From the NCBI RefSeq assembly GCF_006345805.1, contig NC_043010.1, forward strand, positions 10,416,001 through 10,480,000: a stretch of DNA of 64,000 nucleotides. Direction: 5' to 3'. This stretch comes from Octopus sinensis. Lineage: Eukaryota. A program made the translations under genes and the position numbers. The notes under the pieces were generated by a model that saw nothing but the letters and a program-made list of their open reading frames with translations, was not told the DNA's origin and searched no databases. Positions 41,895 through 54,300 of this stretch are shown here, one piece after another (position 1 is the first letter of the stretch; the number at the start of each line of letters is the position of its first letter).

Positions 41895-41927
<33 letters not shown>

Positions 41928-41928
41928 A

Positions 41929-41971
<43 letters not shown>

Positions 41972-42082
41972 ATATATATATATATATATATATTTGTCAA
42001 TCTGTCTGTCTGTCTGTTCGTCTGTCTGTCAGTCTGTTGATTGATCAATCTATCAATCTATCTGTCAATGTATATGTGTGTT

Positions 42083-42135
<53 letters not shown>

Positions 42136-42165
42136 ATGTGTGTGTGTATGTGTATGTGCGTGTGT
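41820..42165. repeat. (ATCT)n plus (TG)n microsatellites
   Basis: Direct reading. Confidence 0.9.
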
Positions 42166-42752
42166 ACACACAAGTCTTTTGCACAATTTCCATCTGTTAA
42201 ATTCATTGGTTCATCCAGGGCTATAGACCAAAAAGTGTTGGTGTTGTATAGCAGGGCTGAACCTAAAACCATGTGGTTACAAAGTGAACTTAGTCACCCA
42301 GCCATACTTGTATCTTTTATTAAGGAGAAAAAATCCCCCACAAAAATGTAATAAAGTTTTTTTAGATTTTCTTTTAGATTTTGTTTTAGATTTTTTTGTT
42401 ATATGTATCAATATATTTTATATAAAATGAGATATTAAAAACTAATATATTGGATTATAGAAGATTATCTTCTACTCTTATAGTAGTTGTGCAACATTGC
42501 ATATCATGCAGGTTATTAATAGTTTTTAAAACAATTTAGACCCTAAAATTGAGATGCATATTTTACATGGTAGTATATTTTCTTTGGATTTCTATGGTAT
42601 ATTATTTAGCATAGTAGAAGCTTCCTATAAATAAGTTATCAGTTTTGTGGTTAAGATGTTGTGTGTTCAGGCCTGCTGCACAGCACCTTGAGCAAAAGTC
42701 TTCTGCAAAAGCCCTTGGGAGTGAGTTTGGTAGATAGAAACTGGATGGATGT

Positions 42753-42975
42753 GAGCTGGCAGAAACATTAGCATGCCGGGTGAAATGCTTAGCGGTATTT
42801 CGTCTGCCATTACATTCTGAGTTCAAATTCCACTGAGGTAGACTTTGCCTTTCATCCTTTCGGAGTCAATAAATTAAGTACCAGTTACGCACTGGGGTTG
42901 ATGTAATCGACTTAATCCCTTTGGCTGTCCTTGTTTGTTCCCTCTATGTTTAGCCTCTTGTGGGCATAAAGAAAA
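42753..42975 (+). mobile_element. SINE family B
   Basis: GAGCTGGCAGAAACATTAGC...GGGCATAAAGAAA. Confidence 0.8.
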
Positions 42976-43052
42976 AAGAAGCTGAATGGATGCTGGTCAC
43001 GTGTGTGTGTGTGTGTGTGTGTGTGTATGTATAGATAGACAGATAGATAGAT

Positions 43053-43108
<56 letters not shown>

Positions 43109-43146
43109 ATCGATAGATAGATGGATAAATATATAGACAGACAGTC

Positions 43147-43204
<58 letters not shown>

Positions 43205-44499
43205 GATGGATAAATATATAGACAGACAGTTAAGATAGATAGATAGATAGATAGATATGTATATAGATAAATAGATATGCATATGCATGTACAATAAGGG
43301 CCATCTTAGCAACATTATTGCCCCCCCCCCCCGCCCCCGAGCAAATAAATGCATTGAGCCCTATAGTATTTATTAATAGTAAGTAAAACATACATAGACC
43401 AGAATATCAGAATTGGGTCCCTAGACCCAGGAGGCCCACAAGTAACTGCTTCGTGTACCCACACCTTCAAATTGTACTGTTTATATATCTACTTTTAGGG
43501 AAAGATTTTTAAATGCTCCACAATATATAGATGAAAGCATCTAAAAGAAATAGAACAGGTCAAGCTATTCCAGACATCTGTATTCACAGAGGAAATGAAA
43601 CTATACAAGGTGGAAATAATTACTAAGAAATAGTCAGAATGTTTCTGTTCTGTATGTTCTATCTTCAGTCGAATGAGCAGTACTCATGGCTTTATTGCAA
43701 AGCCTTCAGAGTTGTTTAGAGGAAAGGTTGAGAAGAAAGCACAACTTATGGGTTGCTGCAATACGAAACAGAAATTTAAGATAATGAGGGAACATTATGT
43801 GTAATCCAAGAACTGTTTGACAGGCACTACATAGTTTTAGAATTGAACCCATGATCTCACAATTCTGAATACAACATCCTAACCACTAGGCCATGGTTCC
43901 CTCACTGAATGTAATAGTCTTTTCTACTCTAGGCACGAGGCCCAAAATTTTGGGGGAGGAGGCCAGTTGATTAGATCAACCCCTGTACGCAACTGGTATT
44001 TAATTTATCAATCCTGAAAAATGAAAGGCAAAGTTGACCTCAGCGGAATTTTATTGAGTTAGAGAAAAGCTCAACAAAGTAGCCAGTGTAAGTATTTATC
44101 TCTAAGTTGGGTATTGGCACCAGTGATATAGACACACTCATGGCTGTGTGATTAAGAAGTATACTTCACAGCTAGATAGTCCTGGGTTTGATCTCATCAT
44201 GCAATAATCAAATTTTGTAGATGAACACTGCACAAAAGACCATTACATACACATATGTACATTCATGCCTACACACATCACACATAAACAGATGCGTGTG
44301 TGTGTGTGTGAATGTGTGTGTGTGTGTGTGCGTCTACACACGTGTGTGTGTATATTTGTCCCTGGTCTTATTTATCAAGTGTGCACTAACTGTAAACCAA
44401 AGTCTTCCACCATTCAAACAGTGTCGTTTGTTTATGATCCTCCGGGAAATCATGTGTGGCCATTGAGCCATGTCCTGTTTGAATGAAGGAAAAGGAGAA

Positions 44500-44655
44500 A
44501 TATTACCTTAGTCAGAAGCAGGCGAAGGTTGGTGACAAGAAGAGCTCCCCATCTTGGTGGAGAAAAATATCTGCCATAAATTTCATCTGACCCTCAACCA
44601 TGAAAGCATGGAAAAGGTGGACATTAAAATACTGATGATTAAAGATGATGATGCT
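44500..44655 (+). mobile_element. RTE-like 3' tail variant
   Basis: GGTTGGTGACAAGAAG...CATGGAAAAGGTGGACATTAAA followed by (GAT)n. Confidence 0.55.
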
Positions 44656-45670
44656 GATATGTGTGTGTTTGTGTGTGCATGTGTGTGTTTGTATGACTGT
44701 ATATATGTAATCATAGTGGGTAATTGTCACCCTTTATGATAAGAATATATAATATCATTGTCGTCAGATTAATGTTTATTTTGCTATGTCCAGATGTCCT
44801 TCCTGTTGCCAACTTTCATGAATTTCCAAGCAAGTTAAGAAACTTGTTGCTGATACATATATGCATACATATAATTATATATATATATATATATGTAAAT
44901 GTATATGTGTGTGTGTGTTTGAATTGTGGTCTGTGTTTCTGTGTTGTATTCCATTTTGTTTGATAACTTAGACGTTTGACAAACTGGGATCAATATGAAA
45001 CCAGTCACCGAATAAAATTTAAAAGAATCATTGAGGTGTGATGTTAATACAGTGAGAACAATCTACATTAGTATCATCAATACAATCTACAGAACTGTAA
45101 AAATAGAAAAGTCACAAGTAACACAGTTACACACATCCACAAAATTAGTTTGTATTTCCAATGAGGAGAAATAACAGCAGACAAAAAAATTCAAAAAAAA
45201 ATATAAAAAAAAGCTAATGGAACAGATATTGTAATTGGGAATGAAAGTAAATTAATGACAAAGAAGAATGGCAGTCAAAGAATACAGGACAAGATATAAG
45301 TGAAATTGATTGAGTACTGCTGTAATAATTTCTCCAGTTAATGTGAATGTAATATTAATTAATTAATGGCAGTCTCTTGAGTACACAAAAGATGGTTCAG
45401 CAATCTTTTGCTGAACAATCTGTACAGCCAAGTTGTTTACAATGATCACATGTTTGTGTTGCACATGAGCTCACCTGTTCTGTCAAATTCCCATTTCCTG
45501 TACAGGTGTATGGGGTTCCGCACATCAAATGTCAAAGTGATTAGAGACTGATGAGAGACAAAGTGCTTTGCTTAAGTCACAAATGCACTATAGTTTTAGA
45601 ATTGAACCCATGATCTCACAATTGTGAATACAACATCCTAACCACTAGGCCATGGTTCCCTCACTGAATG

Positions 45671-45890
45671 TAATAGTCTTTTCTACTCTAGGCATAAGGC
45701 CCAAAATTTTTGGGGAGGGTGCCAGTTGATCAGATCGACCCCTGTACCCAACTGGTACTTAATTTATCAATCCCGAAAAATGAAAGGCAAAGTTGACCTC
45801 AGTGGAATTCGAACTCAGAACATAAGGACAAATGAAATACTGCTAAGTATTTCACCTGGTGTGCTAACGTTTCTGCCAACTCGCTGCCTT
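45671..45890 (-). mobile_element. SINE family B (variant tail) with 10-bp target-site duplication
   Basis: TCACTGAATG at 45661-45670 and 45891-45900. Confidence 0.8.
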
Positions 45891-46389
45891 TCACTGAATG
45901 GAATATTAAAAGCCAACATAGACAGAAAGATTTGCAAAAGCTAAATTAGAATGTTCATTTAGTAAGACCTGCCTTTTGTCAAACTCACTACTTTAACAAA
46001 ACATGACATAAAGTCGTAGTGCTTTAAGTTCTTTATTCTCTTTGTTAGTGACCAGTTTGAACTCTCTCAAGAAAAGCATACATATCTATACATACATCAT
46101 CATTGATATAATGCTTTTTCTATGCTTGGATAGGTTGGACAGAATTCCTTATGGCAGATTGTCTATGTTTTGATGCCCTTCCTATCATCATCACTTACCC
46201 ATTTTCAAGTAAATTAGTATCGTTCTGAGGCTATGTGTGTTTACATGGAAAACTGGAAATGTAGGACACAACGTGTGAAACTCATTTACAAGTATAATTG
46301 GATGTGGAAAGGAGACACAGACACATATATACACACATATGTATATACACATATACGCATAGGTACAAGCTTATACGTACACACACACA

Positions 46390-46663
46390 TATATGCATAC
46401 ATACATACATACTACATACATACATACATACATACATCATACATACATACATACATACATGCATGCATACATACATACATACATACATGCATACATACAT
46501 ACATGTATGCATGCATGCATACATACATACATACATATATACATACATACATACATGTATACATACATACATACATACATACATACATACATACATAGAT
46601 ACATACATACATACATACATACATGCATACATACATACATACATACATACATACATACATACA

Positions 46664-46699
<36 letters not shown>

Positions 46700-46700
46700 C
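46390..46700. repeat. (ACAT)n microsatellite
   Basis: Direct reading. Confidence 0.95.
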
Positions 46701-46959
46701 ACACATGTATACATATTTGATGATTGCTACAACTTTATGTTAAACAATTCCATTGCTGATTGTTCTCTTAAAGCATCGTGGATTTTATTACATTTGAATT
46801 TCTATCTGACAATTAACTAAATTAACATAGAATAATGGTTTCATATTTTTTTATGATTATGATCTAAACTGTTAATATATGAATGCGAAAGAGACAGTTG
46901 AATAACGGTAAACCTACTTTTGGGCCACCCTGTAGAGTTTATGAAGAATTGACTGCAGA

Positions 46960-47170
46960 ATTGTTACCAGTGCTGGGGCCACATTAAAAGCACTCAGTAT
47001 ACTCAATGGAGTGGTTGACATTAGGAAGGGCATCCAACAATAGAAACAGTGCCAGAATAGACAATGGATTCTGGTGTGGCCCCTGGCCTTACAAGCTCCA
47101 GTCAAATCATCCATCAAAAGCTAGCATGGGAAACAGATGTTAAATGATGATGATGATGATAATGATGAGG
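46960..47170 (+). mobile_element. RTE-type 3'UTR fragment
   Basis: TTAGGAAGGGCATCCA...GCATGGGAAACAGATGTTAAATGATGATG. Confidence 0.7.
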
Positions 47171-47309
47171 AGTTCAGAAAATAGAATGATGTGTTGTCCT
47201 TTGACCAGAAAAGAATTAACTCATGTAAATTTTTGTGTCAATTCTAAACTTAACAATATTTTTAATGCTGTGCTTTTAATGCATAGTTAACAACTAATTT
47301 TTATTTCAT

Positions 47310-47334
47310 TTTATTTTTATTATTATTATTATTA

Positions 47335-47386
<52 letters not shown>

Positions 47387-47394
47387 CATTATCA

Positions 47395-47428
<34 letters not shown>

Positions 47429-47429
47429 C

Positions 47430-47464
<35 letters not shown>

Positions 47465-47472
47465 TATTATCA

Positions 47473-47554
<82 letters not shown>

Positions 47555-47555
47555 A

Positions 47556-47588
<33 letters not shown>

Positions 47589-47590
47589 TT
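47310..47590. repeat. (ATT)n microsatellite
   Basis: Direct reading. Confidence 0.95.
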
Positions 47591-49434
47591 TTTTTTATTA
47601 CTTATCAAGCTCATATCTTTTTAAGTATCAGGTGCTTCTGAAACAGGAATAGTATTATGTTTGATTTTTCAACCATTTACAGAGCTATAGTGTTCCTCAT
47701 TATGATAATTTGAAAACATTTTGAATCTATAATGGCTCTAGATGTATGTGATATATTCCGAGATCAGATAAATAATGATGATGCATAAGCTCTTTTCTGA
47801 AACATTCTTTGTAATGAATTTTTAGCAGAAATAATTATTGGGTATATATACGCAATTAATATTCACAACTATCAAAGCCTTTAACTTGTAAATATCTGGC
47901 AATGGTTAGCTTAATATTTATTAATGAAAGAGAGCCTTCTGCATGGTCATTTGATCAACCTGCTAGAAATAGAAGATATCTGTCCTTTAGAATCACACAC
48001 TTTAGACAAAGAAGGACACATTGGATATTAAAAATGTATATGCCTGTGTATATGTATATCTATATACATATATATATAATATATATAATTATATATATAT
48101 ATATATATATTATATATGTTATATATATACGAATATATATATATAAATATGTCTGCATATATATATATGAATGTGCATATATATGCACACATGTATACAC
48201 ACACACAGACACACTCACACACACACACACCACACACACACACACAAGCACACATACATGCTCTCAAAAATATATTCATAAAATATGTATATGTATTTTC
48301 ACGTTAAGTACGGTACATTTGATAATGTAATATCTGATAAACAAAAGAGAAGGAATGGTCATGGATGGAATGTTTTTGAACATAAATCTACCAAAACGAG
48401 TTTGCTCTAAGGCTATATAATAACAACAACAGCAACAACAAAAGCAGCAGCAAAAGCAGCAGCGAAAGCAGCAGCATCAATACTCTCGTCTTGATCTGAA
48501 GGAGATAACTTAATAGACAAAATAATCCTTGGGCTTCATAGATATGAGTTATTACCCCAGGGGACTACTATTTTCCCCTTGAATAACCACCAAAAATGAT
48601 CTATTTTATATTTTAACATATTGATCTACTAATCCGTTTGACAATTGTAAACTTCAAGCCTGTATAATGTAGTTATGATGTGACAGTCCAATGAATTGAA
48701 TTTGAACTAACCAGACTTTGGTTGTGGTAAGGTTTTCAGAAATTCGAAATCCTCTTTTGACAATATTTTACATCTGATAGCATGGTCACTTGACATCATC
48801 AGTCAATAAATGACCCTATATTAAGTTCAAAGTTCACATAAGAAAAGAGCTGTGCAAATGCCTAAATATTCTGTAAAATTAATGGCTGTGAATTCATATA
48901 ATAAAAACACCCACCTGGTTTTCCCGTCTCAGTCATTTCATAAAATCTCGGAAACAAATTATCAATGATGGTAAAACTTGAATTATTTGCAAATTATTCA
49001 CCAGGCCTGATAGTGTGTTACAAACGATCAGTTTGCAGAGATAGATGTGTAATTCTGAATTTGATGTATGTAGCTGACATAGCTAAGGTCTTCTCAACAC
49101 ATGGATTGACTTTGGTAGATGAAATTATGAAGAAGGCCATTATGTTTCTGAATGTGTGTGTGTACGTATGCATGTATGTATGCATGCACGTACATAGGTA
49201 TGTATATATATGTATGTATGTGCCTGGATATGTATGTATGTATATATGTATATGTATATACAAATAAATATCTGTAAATATAAAACCATCTGAATTTCTG
49301 AGTACCTCATTCCTTCTAATATAAAATACCTGTACATCATCTCCAAACTTTCTAATATATATATATATATATATATATTAGAATATATAGATCATCAACA
49401 TCATCATCATCAACATCGTCATCAGTCTTCATCT

Positions 49435-49550
49435 CTTCTTCTTCTTCTTGCTTCTTCGTCTTCTTCTTCTTCTTCTTCTTCTTCTTCTTCTTCTTCTTCT
49501 CTTCTTCTTCTTCTTCTTCTTCTTCTTCTCTTCTTCTTCTTCTATCTTCT
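49435..49550. repeat. (CTT)n microsatellite
   Basis: Direct reading. Confidence 0.9.
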
Positions 49551-50006
49551 TCTTTCTACTTCTTTCTCCACCTTCCTACCCCTTAACTTTGTCACTAATG
49601 TTTTTTAGTATAACACCTACGCAAATTCTATAAACAAGCCTTTCAATAGAAATATTCTCCTGATTGAACTGCGACTGCCAGCCGCCACTGACCATTCAAA
49701 ATACGACCATCAGGGCACTCCCAGATTCTCCACCCCCTTTCCTCATCAGCCTTCTTCCTCTACTACCCTACCAAGAACTCACAACAACGACCTCCAAAAC
49801 ACAAGTGCAAACAAGGGAGTCAGAGAAAGGCAGAATGCCACTTATATCTGAACACTACTATAGAAATATTCCTTTAAAAAACTTTTCTTCTAATTTTTCT
49901 AAATTTAATTATTTAATCGTTACAGTTGAAAAAGTCTCAAAATGATCGAACCGGTACTGAATGTTCACTATAAAATTATTTTAGCATTTTCTATTTTTGA
50001 CTTGTT

Positions 50007-50055
<49 letters not shown>

Positions 50056-50261
50056 TGGTGTTGAAACTGAGTAATACTATCTGGTTGATAACTGATGAAG
50101 AATTAGGGACCCTCTGGTTCTGTCTCCCATCTGGTTGCACACTCAGTATATGGATACGTTTTTTAATCTGTCATTTGTTTACAATCTATTTTCATTTATT
50201 AAGTAATGCTATGCAATGCACACCTGACTTTTATTAACAGTAAGTTTATAAATAAATATGT

Positions 50262-50295
<34 letters not shown>

Positions 50296-50416
50296 TATAT
50301 ATCTAATATATACTATATATATATATATAGATAGATATAATAGATATATACACATACACAAACATACATACATACATACATACATACATACATACATACA
50401 TACATACATACATACA

Positions 50417-50448
<32 letters not shown>

Positions 50449-50669
50449 CATGTATATGATTATTGATTCAATCTTTTTTACACACTTACATGGCTTGTAA
50501 GAATTTATCAAGGCAGATTTTCTATGACCAGATACTCTTCCTCTCAGTAACCCTTACTAGTTTCCAAGATAATCTTTTCTGGAATCCAGGAATATTTTCA
50601 CAGAAGACTGGAAAGGAAGGACCCTATTAGTATCAGAGTGAAGCTTGTTTATAAATATCACATGATGTC

Positions 50670-50702
<33 letters not shown>

Positions 50703-51164
50703 CACACACACACACACATGCATCACACACGCCACACACCATACACATACACACCACACACACACACATCACACAATAAGTTCTTTGTTTCTATGTAGTA
50801 AATAAACTCAAATCTTTATATATGGCAAAACTTGAAAAAAAATTGATGTTGAGTCGATGGGGGGTCTTAAGAAAGCATCACTGAGTGAGTACATAAGAAG
50901 AAAAGCCTAAAATCTGAAAGATTTAAAGGTTTCTGTGAACTTCAAGGCTCTAGTTTGCCCAGGGTCCATGCAGTGGGACTGAACTCCAAACTATATTGTT
51001 GTGAAGCAAATTTCTTAACTACACAGCCAAGCCTTCTTCTCCAGAAGTGTGTATGAATCATAGATCTATGTGTCAATGTATGTCTGTTTATGTTCTGTAA
51101 TATAGCAATCCAACAAAAAGTAATCAATGAAATAAGTATCAGACTAAGATAATTAAGGTGGTGC

Positions 51165-51570
51165 AGGCGTGGCTGTGTGGTAAGAAGCTTGCTTCCTAAC
51201 TACATGGTACCAGGTTCGGTCCCACTGTACAGTAAGTACCTTGGGCAAGTGTCTTTTACTGTATAGCCTTGTGAGTGGATTTGGCAGATGGAAGCTGAAA
51301 GAAGCCTGTTATATATATATATGTGTGTGTTCTTTGTCTCTATGTTTGTCCCCCCCTCCACCACCACCACCATCGCTTGAGAACCGATGTTGGTGTGTTT
51401 ACATCCTCGTAACTTAGAGGTTCAGCAAAAGAGACTGATAGAATAAGTATTAGGCTTATAAAGAATAAATCCTGGGGTCAATTTCTTCAACTAAAAAAAG
51501 GCACTTTAAGGCAGTGCTACAGCATGGCCATAGTCAAATGACTGAAAGAAGTAAAAGAATAAATGAATAA
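51165..51570 (+). mobile_element. SINE family A (diverged)
   Basis: Head-microsatellite-tail structure. Confidence 0.75.
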
Positions 51571-51696
51571 TTACAAGGGCTGTAATTATAGTGTCCAGCA
51601 TAGCTGCAGTCTAAGGAATAAAACCAGTGATAAGAAGAGCAAAAAATGAAAATCATGGCACCAGGTAAAATTTTAGGACAAGTAAATACTGTGTAT

Positions 51697-52110
51697 AGGC
51701 GCAGGAGTGGCTGTGTGGTAAGTAGCTTGCTAACCAACCACATGGTTCCAGGTTCAGTCCCACTGCGTGGCATCTTGGGCAAGTGTCTTCTGCTATAGCC
51801 CCGGGCGACCAATGCCTTGTGAGTGGATTTGGTAGACGGAAACTGAAGAAAGAAGCCCGTCGCTATATTTATATATATATATGTGTGTTTGTGTGTCTGT
51901 ATTGTCCCCCTAGGCTTGTTTGACAACTGATGCTGGTGTGTTACGTCCCCGTCACTTAGCGTCGGCAAAAGGCAAAGAGGCCGATAGAATAAGTACTGGG
52001 CTTACAAAGAATAAGTCCGGGGGTCGATTTGCTCGACTAAAGGCGGTGCTCCAGCATGGCCGCAGTCAAATGACTGAAACAAGTAAAAGAGTAAAAGAGT
52101 AAAAGAGAGT
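51697..52110 (+). mobile_element. SINE family A
   Basis: Full copy with (AAGAGTA)n tail. Confidence 0.85.
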
Positions 52111-52542
52111 ATGAATCATATTGCAGTTGTCAATATTTAGAACTATCTCTTGCATATTTTTGCAAATATGATGATAATTGACAAAGACATTTTGAATACA
52201 TAAATGTGCCTTTGCCTTTCGTTGACACACATCTCTCTTTTAACCTCATTTATTATTCTCTGGTATGGCCAGGAGATAATACCTAGAGGAAGAGTTTAAA
52301 ATTACAAAAGCTTGTTGCTGCTATAAGATTGTATAGGATTCAATGAATTCCATTGTTCTTGCAGACCAGGCAATAGTGATGAGATAAGAGAAAAGAGGTG
52401 AAGCTTGAGAAAGGCTGTTTGAGAGTTGGTACAAACAGGGTTCTAAAATAGTAGAGAGAGTTTACGAAAAAAAACAAAAGACAAAGACAGGTGGTGTACA
52501 AAACAAACAGATGTATTAGTATAACGCTCAGGAATAGAAAAA

Positions 52543-52584
52543 GTCTTTTACATTTCGAGCCTACGCTCTTCTACAGAAAGGGAC
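52543..52584 (-). ncRNA. Minimal type I hammerhead-ribozyme-like motif, copy 1
   Basis: Minus strand: GTCCCTTT CTGTAGA A GAGC-GTAG-GCTC GAA ATGT A AAAGAC. Stem I CTTT/AAAG, stem II GAGC/GCTC, stem III ATGT (inferred ancestral ACGT), core CUGUAGA instead of CUGANGA. Confidence 0.6.
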
Positions 52585-52632
52585 ACAGAAAACAAGGAGA
52601 GAAAAAAATGTGTGTAGTGGCTAACAATCATC

Positions 52633-52682
<50 letters not shown>

Positions 52683-52771
52683 GGGAGAGTTTACGAAAAA
52701 AAACAAAAGATGAAGACAGGTGGTGTACAAAACAGCAGATGTATTAGTATAAACGCTCAGGAATAGAAAAA

Positions 52772-52813
52772 GTCTTTACATTTCGAGCCTACGCTCTTCT
52801 ACAGAAAGGGGAC
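52772..52813 (-). ncRNA. Minimal type I hammerhead-ribozyme-like motif, copy 2
   Basis: Same motif as copy 1, with one more C upstream and one fewer A after the predicted cleavage site. Confidence 0.55.
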
Positions 52814-52874
52814 ACAGAAAACAAGGAGAGAACAAGGAGAGAAAAAAAAATGTGTGTGGTGGCTAACGATCTAT

Positions 52875-52913
<39 letters not shown>

Positions 52914-53000
52914 GGAGAGTTTACGAAAACAACAAAAGATGAAGACAGGTGGTGTACAAAACAAACAGATGTATTAGTATAACGCTCAGGAATAGAAAAA

Positions 53001-53042
53001 GTCTTTTATGTTTTGAGCCTACGCTCTTCTACAGAAAGGGAC
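53001..53042 (-). ncRNA. Hammerhead-like motif, copy 3 (core damaged)
   Basis: Minus strand: CTGTAGA A GAGC GTAG GCTC AAA ACAT A AAAGAC. G12 has changed to A and stem III reads ACAT; both are consistent with CpG decay. Confidence 0.45.
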
Positions 53043-53337
53043 ACAGAAAACCAGAGAAAGAAGAGACGACAAAAGGAAAGACCAGAAAATACAGGAAAGT
53101 TTAGAAAGTATAAAAATAAAAATATAAAAATAAAGTAATGACAATAATAACAGTTTTACGGAAGCAGCAGTGGAGAAAGTTGAGCATAGAAAGCTATTAT
53201 GGAGCATATAATGGAAAATAAAGCTAAGTGAGTTTGCTATTCCTTCTGAGTTGATTCTATATGATGTACTTTCATTCTTGTATGTTATTAGATGATGAGG
53301 CTGAAGTATCACTTCTGATTGGCTAACATCCAAGTTA

Positions 53338-53519
53338 GGGCGCAGGAGTGGCTGTGTGGTAAGTAGCTTGCTTACCAACCACATGGTTCCGGGTTCATTC
53401 CCCCTGCATGGCACCTTGGGAAAGTGTCTTCTACTATAGCCTCGGGCCCACCAAAGCCTTGTGAGTGGATTTGGTAGACGGAAACTGAAAGAAGCCCGTC
53501 GTATATATATATGTGTGTG

Positions 53520-53552
<33 letters not shown>

Positions 53553-53780
53553 GTATGTGTGTTTATATGTTTATGTGTCTGTGTTTGTTCCTTCAACATC
53601 ACTTGACAACCGATGCTGGTGTGTTTATGTCCCAGTAACTTAGCGGTTCGGCCAAAGAGATCGATAGAATAAGTACTAGGTTTGCAAAGAATAAGTCCTG
53701 GGGTCGATTTGCTCAACTAAAGGCGGTGCTCCAGCATGACCGCAGTCAAATGACTGAAACAAGTAAAAGAGTAAAGAGTA
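53338..53780 (+). mobile_element. SINE family A
   Basis: Full copy. Confidence 0.85.
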
Positions 53781-53989
53781 ATATTCTGACAACATGCAAG
53801 AACATTCCCTTGCTGAAAAATCTTCACAGCCAAGATTTGCTGATGGTTTAATGTTACAATATAGTGACATAGGCACAATGTGGTTAAACACAAATGTAAA
53901 CACTATTGTTTTTTTTATAAGAAAGGTAACAAGAAGACAATGCAGGGCATGACTAAATGAAAACCAAGGTTCAGATATCTTCCTGGTGT

Positions 53990-54300
53990 TAATGATTGGA
54001 AGATATAAGTGGATTTAGATGAAGCATCCATGTTTGCAAGTCAAGCTGCAATCTGACCTTACAGTATGGCCAACCTAGAAAAAAATTTGTCATTGAGTTG
54101 ATGGTGGCTTAGGAAAGCAACATGAAATAAGTAAATGAGAAGAAAAGCGATTTAGCGATTTCTGTAGGCTACAATGATAGTAGTGTATTGAAGCTCTCAA
54201 AAGAAGTGGGATGTTCTGGATTTGTTGCTGGATTGAAAATGTTCAACCTAGTTGGCTTTGAGCTTATGAAGGATAGCAAAGCAGTGATACAGAAAATGCT
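53990..54300 (+). mobile_element. HERO-type (RLE) non-LTR retrotransposon remnant
   Basis: DWKI*VDL, SDLTVWP, VIELMVA*ESN and EVGCSGFVA match the endonuclease pattern DW..VDL...RPDIVLW...IELTVPWE...EVGCRGFV. Confidence 0.7.

Larger units (their letters stand above)
52452..53051 (-). repeat. Tandem array of about 229-bp units (2.6 copies), Penelope/retrozyme-like
   Basis: Units start near 52452, 52681 and 52911 (GAGAGTTTACGAAAA...GGTGGTGTACAAAAC...ACGCTCAGGAATAGAAAAAGTC...GAGCCTACGCTCTTCTACAGAAAGGG), each complete unit ending in (TA)n. Confidence 0.85.

Noticed and set aside
43298-43480. GGGCC...GGCCC-containing segment suggestive of a MITE
   Set aside because: No clear terminal inverted repeats or target duplication.
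52452-53051. CRISPR-like reading of the tandem array
   Set aside because: Eukaryotic context, and whole units are repeated without unique spacers.
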